64,000 nucleotides of DNA, taken from NCBI GenBank assembly GCA_951406725.2, contig OX597819.1:105276001-105340000 (forward strand). The letters are read 5' to 3'. Positions 39,675 through 53,185 of the stretch are shown here, piece by piece. The stretch's first letter is position 1. Every line of letters starts with the position of its first letter. The stretch is from Octopus vulgaris (taxonomy: Eukaryota). A model generated the notes under the pieces. That model did not search any database, was not told where the DNA came from, and saw only the letters and a list, made by a program, of their open reading frames with translations. Both the position numbers and the translations under genes were made by a program.

Positions 39675-40848
39675 CCTTAAGGCGACACTGAGTATCCACC
39701 AGGCAATAGTTATAGTCGTTTACGGTTAATTTTTTCAATATTCTAGTTGAAGAGGAAAACATAGGTGGCCAGGCAATTTTAGAAGTTTAAAGTTTTTAGG
39801 TGAAACGATCGGGATGCGCGGTTAACATGATATAGAGTATGGGAAAGAACCGAAGTTATGGAAAGAAGAGACATGAGAAAGAGCATTGTGTTTTGGAAAA
39901 AAGTTATGTTTAGCTGGCTCAGAGGTAGCATCTATCAGTGTTATAATGGTAGAAGATACAAAACTAGAGAGTAATAATAACAGTCTCACGAGAGAAAGTT
40001 TGTAAAGTAAGTGGGTCGGGGAAGGCCTCTCAGAATTCAATGAAGCTGTTAGATTATTTTTTATTTTTTGAGAGGAATCCGCCAGATATTTATGGATTCG
40101 TTCTTTTCTTGTCTATCGGCTGACTTACCCAGTCTTATAGGCCTAGTTAGTGGTTATTGTTCGGTGGTGTTGGTGATTAAAGGGGGCTTTTTTCTTTGAT
40201 GTGGTCCAGAAGGTTGTTATTATTGTCTAGCTTCATATCAACCCGAATCGATCATACCCATGGCCAAAATTACTCCAGTCACGTTCGTTTCGTCTTTTCC
40301 CAGGAATATGTTATCCAATGCATCCCCTTCCTTAAGTCAATAGAATGTCATTTAGGGAAAACTAATTGCTATTTCTAGCATGGTGAACGACTGCGTAAAG
40401 ACCCCCCTCGTTGGCTTTGGTCCAGAATATTAATGTATGTGGTACGAAGTGGCGTAGCTAGAGGTTGTACAGTCAGAGGCAGCCTTTGGGTTTGCTGCGC
40501 TCCTGGGCCCCCAAACATATACGGACTTATATAGCAAGCCCAAAAGCTCCACCCTCATAAAAGTGTCGTTCGAGGCCGACCACTACATCTTCCTCCCCAC
40601 CTCCAATGCGCTACAGGAGGTAGGAGCAAATTTTTATTCAGTATGAACAGAGCTTGTACCTTAAAAAGGACTGATTAATTTTAGAAATATTTTCTAGTTG
40701 CTTATGTTCTGAGTTCAAATACCTGAGGTCAGCTTTGCCTTTCATTCTTTCAGGATCGATAAAATAAAGTACCAGTCAGATACTGGAGTCTACGTACGCG
40801 ACTAATCTTTCCCTCTAAAAATTGTTGGCCTTCTGTCTAAATTAGAAT

Positions 40849-41235
40849 TGTAGCGTAGACTCGGGTGAAATTCTTCTCTCCCATTAAGCATATATACGTG
40901 CATTCGAATGTAACAGGGAACAACTAATCTTTGGCCGTTATTTGGATCACGTTGTGTCCACTAATCTGATTGGTTGGTATTGGCGCAATTTGTCTCCTAC
41001 TCGGTTGTGTCAACTTGCCGCGGATAACCAGTCAGAGGCTCTAAATAGGATCACGTGGGACAGCCTGTTTACTACTCAGTTTTAGCCTACAGCTCCTTAT
41101 AAAAAAAAAAAAACTCAGCTTTTCCTCGTTCTGGGTCTTTGGTTTCAGACCAGATCTTGCTAGTAACAATTTTTCGTGTTAATCATTGTTTGATCCCTGT
41201 TAGAAGTAAGTCACATTGCTGATTAATTGTTGAAG
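40849..41235 (+). mobile_element. Putative LTR-like sequence
   Basis: Starts TGTAG and has a CCAAT box (ATTGG) and TATA-like motifs. GTTGTGTCCACTAATCTGATTGGTTGGTATTGGCGCAATTTGTCT matches about 45178-45223 in inverted orientation. Confidence 0.4.
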
Positions 41236-41236
41236 G

Positions 41237-41940
41237 TTACCCGTAAGGACCGACCATGCAAGCACGGCACCTTGCATACTCAACTTCCTTACAGCTTCCA
41301 ACCATCTTTTTCCGAAAACTCTTGCTGGAAAGATTGGCGGCGAAGTAATTCACCAGTCCACGTCCGGAGATGAATTGGCCTGTCGCGAACCCTTTTGCTC
41401 GCGTCTTCCATACCACATCTTTCGGTATGATTACTACCTCCTTTTCTTTGGTGAAAGAGGAAGGTGGTACACTCTTTATCATGGACTCGGACGAGAGCCG
41501 TACTCTTTCTGCATCCGACATCAGCTGTTCGGCAAAGGACATCAACTCCCTCAACTCCTCACAGTATACGAAGGCGTGCGTAACCGTTTCACTGGCACGC
41601 CCGCACCTCGGTCACGTGGGGGAGGTGTGAAAACCATGCCTTGACAACCTTTCTCGAACCGGTAAAGCCGATCGGTAGCACAACCAAGTCAAAGATTTCT
41701 GGTAGTTATCCAGAAATCTCGACCCGAAAGTCCTCCCAAACAGGTCGGTTAGCTGCCTCTTATCGAAGCTTAGAGTCTCCCCCAGGACATCGTCGGACTT
41801 AAGCTCTACCAACCCGCTATAAAAAATCCGCTGTGGTAACCCTGCTGTCAGCATTGCTCACTCGAGAGAAGAGGGAAAGTGCTTGTCTGCACTCCTCCCG
41901 CTTTCCCCCAACTTGGGTCTCCGCGTGATCCATGTACTTT
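41237..41940 (-). mobile_element. Tx1/L1-clade LINE C-terminal fragment (zf-RVT region)
   Basis: Translates to NYQKSLTWLCYRSALPVRERLSRHG..SPT*PRCGRASETVTHAFVYC, a CxxC-x8-H-x4-C knuckle with the first Cys codon replaced by TGA, then VVWKTR. Confidence 0.8.
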
Positions 41941-42154
41941 AACTTTGAGAAGACCTGCTCGGCACGCGATGACCACACCTGCTCACCATCCAGCTCTGTA
42001 AAGCTTTGTCACCTTTCTTTTCTTTTCCTCTCTCCCTCTTTTTGTCTTTTTTATCCTCCCTCCCCCACCGTATTCTTGTATATTCGTTGCTCTTTATCTC
42101 CTAATCACCGGCGACTGCGAGTGGTGTAATCTATCCATTTTTGGTGGCGGAGGC

Positions 42155-42595
42155 ATGCTTTGCTCGCGCACTCTCCAGCTTGTTGAAAAACGTATGTTTA
42201 TCCAACAATGCGTCCGACTGGCAGAAACTGTCTCTCTCCACGTGCACGATGTGAAATCAGAGTCCCTCTCTCTCAAGCGACAGTTCCAACTATTTGAGTC
42301 CACCCCGACTACTTCTCACCTCAATTTGACATTGACCTCGGTGCCTACCGACAAGCAACCGATAAACATTAAGCGCGCAGTCAATGCCAAATTCAGCGAA
42401 TCTGACATAAAAAGGGCAGTCCGTCTCCTCTCTTCTCTATCCTCCCTCGCTCCATGTGACTCTGAGTCTCTTAGACGTCTGAAAGAGAAGCACCCACCAG
42501 CACTCCCTGATAATCAACTAAACTGGCTCGATCCTCTAGAATATTTGAGACCGGCCTTCACCTCTGATAACATCAGAATTATTCTGTTTGACTGA
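42155..42595 (+). mobile_element. CRE-clade-like non-LTR retrotransposon fragment (pre-RT region)
   Basis: KFSESDIKRAVRLLSS..LAPCDSESLRRLKEKHPP resembles the GD(V/I)xxAVRxxxSxxxLAPxxxxTLxxLxxKHP block of CRE elements. Recognised from memory. Confidence 0.6.
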
Positions 42596-43774
42596 AGTAA
42601 TCTGCTGAATGTTTTCTTTGTAAAACAAGAAGGGGTGTGAGCTTTTGTAAAATTCCTATCTGTGAATAAAAAGCTCAAAATGGTTGAGAACCTCTGATTT
42701 AGTAAAGTGGCTGAGAGACCTGGAAGATAAGTAAAATAAAACTTCGGGAAAAAAACGAACAACAAATGCCATTTAACAAACAAAAAAGAAAAAACAAACA
42801 AAAACAAAGCAAAAAACTGGTGTAAATGAGAACAAAGTAACACAAATTAAAGTGATGACGTAACTTGCGGAGGGAACTGAAACGGAAATAGTTGCCATGT
42901 AGTATACTATATCAATAGGAAAGTTTAGGTTTCAAACTACTTCTGGTATCCTGAATACTGGTGTTAAATACATCACGTACTTCAGAGGAAAATGGTGAGG
43001 AAATCTTGCCATTTGTTCCAAATGACATTAATAAAATAAATAGTTGACAAAGTACCAAACTAGACTCGATATAACAGCTGTTCTTTATGACAGTGTTCCA
43101 TCATAGTCGTACGCCAATGATAGAAGTTAATGAAAGAATGGAGGAGAGAGTCTTTTGTATATTTAATATAATCAGATTAAGTATAAAACCACGCAAAAAA
43201 CCCGCCGAATAAGCAGACGAGCAGACAAAATTGTATGTATTACATTGCAACGAACATAATAAAATAACCTTATTTCATAAAACATCAGTATTATATTCTT
43301 ACAGTTCTCTGTCTCATGATTAAGATAAGCAATGTTTCTACTGTTACGATCAATGAAAGAAAACTTATTCGGTTTCAATGATAAGAGGCCAGATTAATTA
43401 TCTAATTAAAGAGAAACCCTATATATAACGACGCCACGTTTCTAGTGGGAAAAGCTGGCCAGATTGAAGATAATAAAACAGAGATAAGTTTTTTTTATTA
43501 GCCACAAAGCTAATTTTTCTCTCTAATTTTGGCACAAGGCCAGCAATTTTAAGGGGAAGGGCAAATCAGTTACAGCGACCCTGTCAAGGATCCTTCATTG
43601 ATAAATATGATTTAAGTTAGATTTAGCTACCATTTCTAGCAAGTTAAGCGACCATAATGAGGCTCTGTTGTTGGTAAGTGCACACATATCTACCTCTTTC
43701 TGTCTACTACCCTTCTCTATTATACACACACACGCACGCACGCGCACGCACGCGCACGCACGTGCACGCACGCA

Positions 43775-43814
<40 letters not shown>

Positions 43815-44304
43815 AGAAGTAAATAGACACCACATAAAACATCGTTTTATGTTTATACTTACTTGTAAAGGTTTATATTTTTTATTAATTGACATTTTTA
43901 TGTTTCAGGTTCTATATGTGACTGTTTAATTGTGCCATGTACAAAATTAGCCTTGGAACTGTCTGAATTTCAAAGAGGCCGTATTGCGGATCATTCTGAA
44001 GGTAGCGTAAAATTGCAGAAAACTTTGGGATCCCACTTTTTACAATTAATAGAATGATTGCGCACGTCACCAGAGAGGGGAAGCAGTTCATATCACCTCC
44101 CCCAGGTTGACCAGGGCCCTTTGACAGGACCCTTCTCTTTGTTAAGAGAAGTGTGGCTGATAATTCTTGTTGCAAGGCCTCTGACATAGCAGAACAAGTT
44201 GGTATCAGTCCCAGAATAGCTGTCAGGTATCTCCACAAACTTGGTTACTATGGTAGAGTAGCAAGAAGGAAGCCACATCTTTGACCAGCCAATATCAAGT
44301 GGAG

Positions 44305-45260
44305 AAAAGATTGGGCCAGTGACGTAGGGTATACGACCGTACGTAAGGAGTTGGTGACAAATGTCTCCTTTAAACGTCGCACAGTCGCCCCTAACAAAAT
44401 AAAAAGCCAAATGCATGATATAAAATACAGTGCCAAAAGGAATGAATGAAGGACGACAACCGTTCTACTGTTTGAGAGAGAAGAAGACTATTTACAAGTG
44501 TACAAAGGTAAAGTATGGGTGCTAGCAAAGTGCAATGTCTGGATGCGGGCGACAAGAGTTTGTGTCTGTGTGTTCGTGTATGTGACAGAAGGTGAATGCG
44601 TATACAACAGAATACAGAGCATAAGATACGTTTCTCAGCATATTGAGTTAAGATGGAATTTGTTTATCAGTTCGTAAGTGAGGTACACGATAGCAAGTTC
44701 TATAACAAGATGTTGTGGATACGAGGCAGAGGCCGGTTGGGCACATGTCGTGCAGCGGTTTGTGACTTCAATGCCGTGCTGAGTCTCTTGATACAGAAAG
44801 TTCTTTCAGGTAGACTGCAACTGTTTTACCTCGGTGAAATATTCACAACAGCGTGGAGTTTAAACCTGGACGATGTTGATGTGTACATATTTGAAGTTGA
44901 CGGTGGCAATGGCAACGGTGGTGGAGACGTTGCTGGTGTACATTAGCATCGTCATGGCTGAAGCAGGAGCATGGCTGGCTGGCTGGTCGTCTGTCGCTGA
45001 AACTGGAACACGGCTGAGTAGCTCTGTGGTCAGTGACTAGACCTTAGAAGGTCTAGAGCCAAAGACCTGGAGTAGTGAATGCTGGCCTTTATAAAGCCTG
45101 TGGTGGGCTCAAATGAAGCAAACCTTATCCGAAGGCCGTGATTGGTTGGCTTATACACTGGCGCGAAATAAGTCCAAAGACAAACTGTGCCAAATGCCAA
45201 CCAATCAGAGCAGTTGACACAACAGGGTCAAACTTGCCAAATATGGTTGTTATCTACCAC
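44305..45260 (-). mobile_element. Putative LTR with a degenerate primer-binding site
   Basis: On the minus strand: two CCAAT-type boxes and TTTATAAA, ending ..TACGTCA followed by C-TGGCCCAATC (PBS-like, about 44310-44320). Related to 40849-41235. Confidence 0.4.
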
Positions 45261-45299
45261 GAGATTATTCTCAATGTGTCTCTCAAACAGTGAGGATAT

Positions 45300-46003
45300 C
45301 AATTATGCTACAGTGATATGGTGGAGAGGCCACTAGCATTTTGGGACACTGTCATATTTTCTGATGCGTTCAGATTTGCTATATTTACTGACAGTGGTCA
45401 AGTGTGGATCTGGAGACTCTGTGATCAAGAATTTGATGTGAAAAGATTGCAGCCAACAATGAAACACAGCAGCTATTCTGTGATGGTCTGGGGAGCAATT
45501 TGGAGCAATGGTCAATCAGAGCTGGTGTCCATATTGCAGAAAGGACATCTTCTAATCTTCTCAAGTGGTGAAATGATTAAAGGCACCTCTTTATTTATGG
45601 AAGATGGGGCTCCTTGTCACACGGCTAGAATGACCCAAGATTGGTTGGAAAAGAGTGGCATTAAATAGCTTCCATGGTCAAGTCAGTCACCAGATATGAA
45701 TTCTATTGAACATCTCTGGGGTATAATGGACAAGACACTTCATAAAAAGAACAAAAAAGCATCTTCAAAGCCTGATCTTTTGAAACTGCTGCATGAAACT
45801 TGTCGAGAAATTCCTCAAGAGAATATTCGTCATCTGCTCATTAACATGCCTAATAGGGTCCTTGCATTGAAAAATGCAAAAAGCATGTCTATTAAATATT
45901 AAATATTCACATTATAGCAATTAATAAATAAATTGAATGTATAATTTTAGATTTAAATGAATTTTAATGATTATAAGAGTGTCTAATTACTTCTGTCATG
46001 TCT
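45300..46003 (+). mobile_element. Tc1 (DD34E) transposon 3' half, decayed
   Basis: Translates to WDTVIFSD..VMVWGAI..FMEDGAPCH..*LPWSSQSPDMNSIEHLW..NMPNRVLALKNAK. Confidence 0.9.
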
Positions 46004-46149
46004 GTCTGTTTGTCTGTCTGTATATATATATATATATATATATAATACCAAATGGGACAAGAACGCAAAACATCCAGACAGTTAGGTGATACAAAAAAGG
46101 GACAACAATTTATTTTTTAAATCTGTACGTCAAAAGGTAAAGATCTCAA

Positions 46150-46390
46150 GATTACTTCGTAAATATAAGTTTTTCTCAAAAATGCTGAAAGTAAAACATG
46201 TTTTATATGACACATTCTACCAGTGTCCAAAATTTGAAAGTGTTTAGTTTACCTTTTGACCTACAGATTTAAAAAAATAATTTTTTGTAACTAAACACTT
46301 TCAAACTTCGTATACTGGAAGAATGTGTCATATAAAACACCTTTTACTCTTAGCGTTTTTGAGACAAGTTTATGTTTATAAAGTTATTTC
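46150..46390. mobile_element. Foldback MITE with about 100-bp inverted arms
   Basis: TTTTATATGACACATTCTACCAGT..TTTGAAAGTGTTTAGTT mirrored by AACTAAACACTTTCAAA..ACTGGAAGAATGTGTCATATAAAA. Confidence 0.75.
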
Positions 46391-48502
46391 GTTATTTGCA
46401 TGTCAAGCAAAATACTTAACAGGATTTTGTCTGTCTTTACGTTCCGAGTTCATGTTCCGCCGAGATCGACTTTGCTTTTTATCCTTTCGGGGTGGATAAT
46501 TTAAATACCAGTTACGTACTGAGACCGATCTTATTGACTGGCCCTTTTCCCCAAAATTTAGGGCCTAGTAACTTGAGCAGAAAAGATTAATAGACGACGT
46601 CGTTAATCCTCTTTTACAGCCTAACCTCTTTATTTACGTCATGAGAGAACGTTGTGTGGTTGAACGACGTGGTATACTAATACCAAAGGATTGCCGAGAA
46701 TAATATTGATTTCTTACATATCCTTCTAAACAACAAATAATTTAATCATTCTAAATGAGTACTGGACCAACGATCCGGCAAGCAGGAGAAATGGGGACAG
46801 GAAATATCCCGGAGCTTCGGATCTTCTGGTTTTCTAGAGACATTGAAAAAATATATATTCTTTTTATTTATCACAGTCATTTGACTGCGGCCATGCTGGA
46901 GCACCGTCTTAAAGGTTTCTTTTTTAGTCGAAGAAATCGGCCCCAGGACTTATTATTTGTAAGCCTAGTACTTATTCTATCGGTCTCGTTTGCCGAACCG
47001 CTATATTATGGGAACGTAAACACACCAACATCGGTTGTCAAGCGATAGTGGGGGGACAAACACAGACACAGACACACACAGACATATACGAGAGGCTTCT
47101 TTCAATTTCCGCCTATCAAATCCATTCACAAGGCTTTGGTCGGCCCGTGGCTATAGAAGACATTTGCCAAGGTGCCACGCAGTGGGATTGAACCTGGAAC
47201 CATGTGGTTGGGAAGCAAGCTTATTACCACACAGCCACGCTTATATGAAATATAAAATACAGTATAATAATAATAATGAAATTATTGTATACAGTGTTCA
47301 GGTGCACTACAAGTATGAAAAGTAAAGAGCAAAATTGTGTTTAGCAGATTTAAATAAATGCACTTCTAAAGCACCGTTTATTTAAAGTTTGTTAATCTAT
47401 TAAGAATTCATAAAATATATCCTACTATTCCAGGCGTACAGTATACTGTTTATAGGATGAAAACTGAAGGAAGAAAATTAGGAACGATTTTATTCAACAG
47501 ATACCGGTACAGATACACTGTATGCAAATTAACCAACTTCAAAAAGAGGGTTTGTTTATTCAGTGCAGGGTACAGGGTATGAAGAGTATCGCACGGTGTG
47601 TCCAGATTTCTGGAGACTTCTGGAAAGCTGATAGAGAGATTCAGTGTAATAAGAGTTTCCTATTTAAAAAAAATATTCTAAGGGGGACAACTTAGTATCT
47701 CTTATTAATTCAATCTTTGGCATTTGGTTTTGTGGATAAAAAAGATGCTGTGTTTATAAATATAATTCTTATTTTCACTGACTTTTTAAATAGCTATTTC
47801 AAACTAGTTTATCTATAGTGAATTTCAATCATATTGAGATATTGAATATTATTTTTATAGATTAAGCATTTTTTGTTTTCAAATTTCGAGTTCTTTAAAT
47901 TCGAAGTTTTTGCTAAATTGTAATATACTAGCTGAATAGCCCATCATTGACGGGCAATTTTTACAATAGAATGTCTTATATAAATTTTTTCTTTGTTCCA
48001 TGTCAGACCATGCCTTCCCCAACAGATAAGCCTTTTGAACAGGATAAATTTGTGCAATTTTTCGCAAAAAAACCCAACAAAAACAAACTTCGATGAGGTG
48101 TTTTTTTCCTTTTAAAATCATTTACAAGTCTGTTCGACCGATGTATATGACTTTATTCATTAAAACTTCAGAAGTCCTTACAACTTTGGTCGTCGTAATG
48201 CTTAGCTTTCGTTTATTTAATAAAAGTTCCTCCAAATGATTTTGCATTCATTCTGTGATAGACAGCTATCATACAGAAAATGCCAGCTTCCAAATCCTGT
48301 TTTCTGATTAGGTTAAATTGATTAAACTTTAAACCTCAGCAACATTTTCCTGCCATTTTCCGGGAACATAACTAACAAAATCGGATTTAACGTGGAAAAT
48401 AATTTCAATACACCAAATTTGAAAATTTTGACGTAATTTTAAAATTTCACAGTATGCGACAGCAACGGAGAAGACCTTACAAAAATGGACAGTTATAGGA
48501 CG

Positions 48503-48506
<4 letters not shown>

Positions 48507-48577
<71 letters not shown>
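48507..48577. repeat. (CA)n microsatellite
   Basis: Directly visible. Confidence 0.97.
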
Positions 48578-48578
<1 letters not shown>

Positions 48579-48699
48579 GGGCCCTTGGAATTTTCAGGTG
48601 GTGAAAGATCAAAATTTGCACGCCCTACATAATTTATATAAGGATCCCTTTCAAGAGCGAATGGGTTATTTCCCTTGGATGTTTAAAAAAAAAATATAT

Positions 48700-48903
48700 A
48701 TTAGTTATATGTAGTAGATATAAGCATCCCTTCCAGAGGCCTTATTATCGTATTTTTGAACAATTTAAGTATGTCACTAGTTTTCCAGACATGAATTCTA
48801 CTCACGTGTCAAGTTTCATCAAAATCGATAAAACGATGTAGGAGGAGTTAGCTAACAACGCCACAAACAAGCAGCCCACAAATTTCCACATATGTAGTAG
48901 ATG
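48700..48903 (+). mobile_element. Helentron/DINE-like non-autonomous element 3' part
   Basis: GTGTCAAGTTTCATCAAAATCG..GTAGGAGGAGTTAG..ending ATATGTAGTAGAT resembles DINE-1/HINE ends. Recognised from memory. Confidence 0.4.
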
Positions 48904-48999
48904 TGTGCAGATTTGTACGTTTTGTTTTATGTATTTATTCTCATGCATATAGCTGCATCTCTAGACATGTTCATATATACTTAAATGATAAACTTTTGG

Positions 49000-50075
49000 A
49001 AGGTATTACAGATTTTTACAGTTCCAGTGATGGCTTGGATTTGTATTCTTCGAATCAGTTTTCTCTTTTCTGGTTTTGAGAAGCCTAATTTCTTAAGATT
49101 GGTACTTAGGCAGTGTGTTACATATCCCAGTACCCCAATAATTACAGGTATAAACCTGAACTTGTAATCTGGATAGAGTGCTGTAGGTTTCTCAGTAGTT
49201 CAGCTTAGGTATTTTCTTTTTCGCTGATCTTTAGCTTTATGTTAACATCTGCTGGGCAGTTGATTTCCACAACTGTGCACAGTTTCTCTTCTCTATCCCA
49301 AATTACTTCGTCAGGCTTTATTGTGTTTACATTTTATTGAGGTTTTCACTGGATATACCACCAGTACTCCTTTTTATTATGAATGGCTATAGCTTCTACC
49401 ATACTATGGGTTCTTTGGGGTTATCCTTTCGAGGGAGCTCATTATACAGTGTCCTAGCAAAAACATCAGGTCTCATCAGTAGATAATACTGTGACGACAT
49501 TTTCGGACAACTGCTTTTGATGTGGATGATATCTTTGGTGTTATCTCCACAAAGTCTGTATTGGTTATCTCATTTCGCTGCTTTTCCTGCGTCTCTGACT
49601 CTTTTGGGCATCAGGCATTTGGTTGATATTTCCTGTTCTTGGATTGCAAATGCATACCCCTCAAAGTGGGAATTAGTAATCCGGTTGTTGATCCATGATA
49701 GACAGCCTTGATGAGCAATGTTACTATCATCTCTGAGCTTTCTACAAATATATCACTGCATGGTCGTTTGCTAATATACGCTCATCCTTGCATCTGATGA
49801 TACATTGCAGAGTTGTGCGCGACTTCTTTGGACATGTATTTAAGGTTATCTGACAAGGAATGCTGTTCAAGGAGCTGCTTTCCAAGTCTTATGATGTTAT
49901 CAGCCTCATGTATGCAAACTTAGTCAAGGGATGCACTTCAACACTTGGTGGTTAAAATATGTTGCTGAAGGGATATGATATGACATTCAAAGGCAGTCTA
50001 TCGATGTTAAGCGTCTGCACATTTTGTTTTCGTTTTAGGTAGAGGCGGTCTATGTCATTGTTGATGTGGAAACTT
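49000..50075 (-). mobile_element. Decayed R4/Dong-like RLE non-LTR element
   Basis: Translates to HINNDIDRLYLKRK..FEGYAFAIQEQEISTK..RLCGDNTKDIIHIKSSCPKMSSQYYL..KKEYWW..KHN..TVVEINCP. Its 5' end abuts (CATA)n. Confidence 0.8.
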
Positions 50076-50076
50076 A

Positions 50077-50210
50077 TGTATGTATGTATGTATGTATGTA
50101 TGTATGTATGTATGTATGTATGTATGTATGTATGTATGTATGTATGTATGTATGTATGCATGTATGTATGTATGTATGTGTTTGTGTATGTGTGTGTGAG
50201 TGTGTGTGTG
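50077..50210. repeat. (TATG)n grading into (TG)n
   Basis: Directly visible. Confidence 0.97.
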
Positions 50211-50902
50211 AACCTTAGAGATTATACTTTGAAGAGAAAAGTTAGACTCGCAGTGAGCAATGGAAGTTAGTATAATGAGAATTTCTTATATTTATTCAGT
50301 GATAATTTTTAAAAACAAGCAACCAAACAAACGAAACCGTAACGATTCACCCCCACCAGCCGCAAATAATATTAAGAACAAGCAACAACATCAAGGAAAT
50401 ATAAGAACAGCTTTATTTCAACGAGACATTCTCCGTCGATTCAGACCTCTCCGTTTTTGTGGTGAATAATTTATGAATGTAATTGTCAGGTTTGTTTGCT
50501 TAATCCTTCAGGTCAGAGTTCAAATTGTCTGCAAAGAAACAAACAGAAATAAACCAAATTTTAGTAAGGAAAATTGTTTGTAATAATATTCAACCCTCAA
50601 AATTTGATTGACTATTGTTTTAGTTATTTTTGTTGCTTAATTCCAGAATGGATCTGGTTTTTATTGAGCAGACATAGAATCAGAGATATCTCAGATGTTG
50701 TAGGAGTTATAACTTCTTTATAAAGACAGTAGGATATTATTAGAGAGAAATTTGGCTGTTATTTCTAGCAGACTAACAACTGCCTTAACATAGCAAGATG
50801 CAGTACGATGCACTACAACTGGGTGTCGTTTGCGAAAGTGTATAGCTTGGTAACATATACCACAATTTTAGTAATTCCGATTTAGCAGAACAACGAGAAT
50901 AT

Positions 50903-50905
<3 letters not shown>

Positions 50906-50990
<85 letters not shown>
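50906..50990. repeat. (GA)n microsatellite
   Basis: Directly visible. Another (GA)n tract at 59953-60080. Confidence 0.97.
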
Positions 50991-50994
<4 letters not shown>

Positions 50995-51510
50995 AGTACC
51001 AAGAGCATAATTTATTTACAGTTGAGTTAACTGGGGCTAGGTGATAGGTAGTGCCTTGCTCAAGGACAGCCACTCGCTGTCCAGTCAAAGAATTGAATCC
51101 ACGAAGTTACGATCATGAGTCGAACATCCTAACCATAAAGCCACACATCTTCACAATATAATTATAGCTGCATCACAAAGTCTGGTCTTCCTTAAACCAG
51201 AAAATGCTTCTGGTTTCAACAACTATTAAAGTTTAGGTGAGGTTATATAATGAAAACTATCTCTGCATATAGGGCACTACAGCTTCTAATCTTATAGACA
51301 TCATAGACTATATATAAAAAAAGGGCCAGTATGTCTAATAAACAAGTTCAGTACTAAATACTTTTATCAGGGCTGCAGCCTAGCTCTGACCTTCATGCAA
51401 TTCTCTCCCTGTCCTGATTAACCCTTTCTACCGTTCAAAAGAAAATATTTCAGTTGAACATTAACTGTATCGATCTCACGGATGTGGGAGAGTTTGCAAA
51501 GGTAACAGAA

Positions 51511-51700
51511 CCTCCCCCTTCTCCTCCTCCTCCCCCTCCCCTTCTTCTTTTTCTTCTTTTTCTTCTTCTTCTTCTTCTTCTTCTTCTTCTTCTTCTACTT
51601 CTTCTTCTTCCTCCTCCTTCTTCTTCTTCTTCTTCTTCTTCTTCTTCTTCTTCTTCTTCTTCTTCGTCCTCCTCCTCCTCCTCCTCCTCCTCCTCCTCCT
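51511..51700. repeat. (CTT)n/(CCT)n polypyrimidine tract
   Basis: About 190 nt, almost purine-free on the + strand. Confidence 0.97.
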
Positions 51701-52363
51701 TAAAATACGTGTGTGTATGTGAAGTGTATGAAATGTGTGTGTGTTGTGTGGGAATTGTGTGCATGCGTGTGTGTATATGTTTGTGTGTGTGTGTGTGCTC
51801 TTCTTTCGCCGAAGGATGAAATCGAAAATCAATGCTTTTCATACGAAATCCTTTGCGATATCTATTCTGTACCGAGGTAAAGGGACTACACCTTCGGCAT
51901 TCGCTGCCAAATATACAGTTAATAGTCATAGTATCAGCAACAAGTGAAAACCTGTAACCAACGACGCTAATGTTCACCATTTGTCAATATAAAATATGAT
52001 AATTTTGTGATACTATTAGAGTACTCTCCCTTGAACCGCTTCCTTCACCTTCGAACATTATCTCTGTAACTATATACAATTTATGTATGTTGTGTTTGTT
52101 GTCTAGTTCCAGATTAATATTGATCAAACAGACTATGATGAACAGCATTCCAGTCATGACCATCACGTTTCTCTTTCTAAGGCAAACATTACATTGTCTA
52201 ATGTATACTTTATTTTTTAAAGCCGGGTCGATGTAACTTGAGGGAAATCTGGCAGTTATTTCTAGCCAGTCGAACGGCCGTGTAGAGCTTCTTTCCTTGG
52301 CTTATACGGGATTTTATCAGTATGTGTATGCGTGCGTGTGTGGGTGTTTGTGCATTTGTCTAA

Positions 52364-52428
<65 letters not shown>

Positions 52429-52450
52429 GATCGATCGATCGATCGATCTA

Positions 52451-52529
<79 letters not shown>

Positions 52530-52547
52530 GATCGATCGATCGATCTA

Positions 52548-52603
<56 letters not shown>

Positions 52604-52608
52604 GTCTA

Positions 52609-52645
<37 letters not shown>

Positions 52646-52831
52646 GTGCTTGCTTGCCTGCCTGCCTGCCTGTCTGTCTGTCTGTCCGCCCGCCCGCCCG
52701 CCCGCCTGCCTGTCTATCTGTCCATCCATCCATCCATTCACCTGTTCGCCCATCTGACTGTTTATCTACCTATCAACCTGCCTGTGTGTTTCTCTCTCTC
52801 TCTCTCTCCCCTTCTCTCTCTCTCTCTCTCC

Positions 52832-52905
<74 letters not shown>
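52364..52905. repeat. Compound tetranucleotide array followed by (CT)n
   Basis: Blocks of TATC, GATC, TGTC, TGCT, TGCC, CGCC and CATC, then (CT)n. (TATC)n also at 56088-56181. Confidence 0.97.
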
Positions 52906-52909
<4 letters not shown>

Positions 52910-53128
52910 CTAGTTGCATTAATCATTGGACTACACCATAATGGAGTGTCACGTATACACAAATTTTTGCCGAAATTATTGCCCCCAGTTCTTAATCTTG
53001 TGCTTATTTCTATTTATGAAGTGGCTATGCCAATCTCAAGAGCAAAACTCGATGGACAAAATACCGCAAGTTATTTTTGTTTGCAGCACCGATTTATCGA
53101 CCCCCGCGTTAACACACACACGCACACG

Positions 53129-53185
<57 letters not shown>

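Noticed and set aside
42852-42900. Second promoter (TGACGTAA, CGGAAAT, GCCAT motifs)
   Set aside because: Short motifs with no associated exon, inside a repeat-rich block.
51454-51501. 48-nt AG..GT bounded micro-exon (LNINCIDLTDVGEFAK)
   Set aside because: Weak polypyrimidine tract, no recognisable protein and no neighbouring exons.
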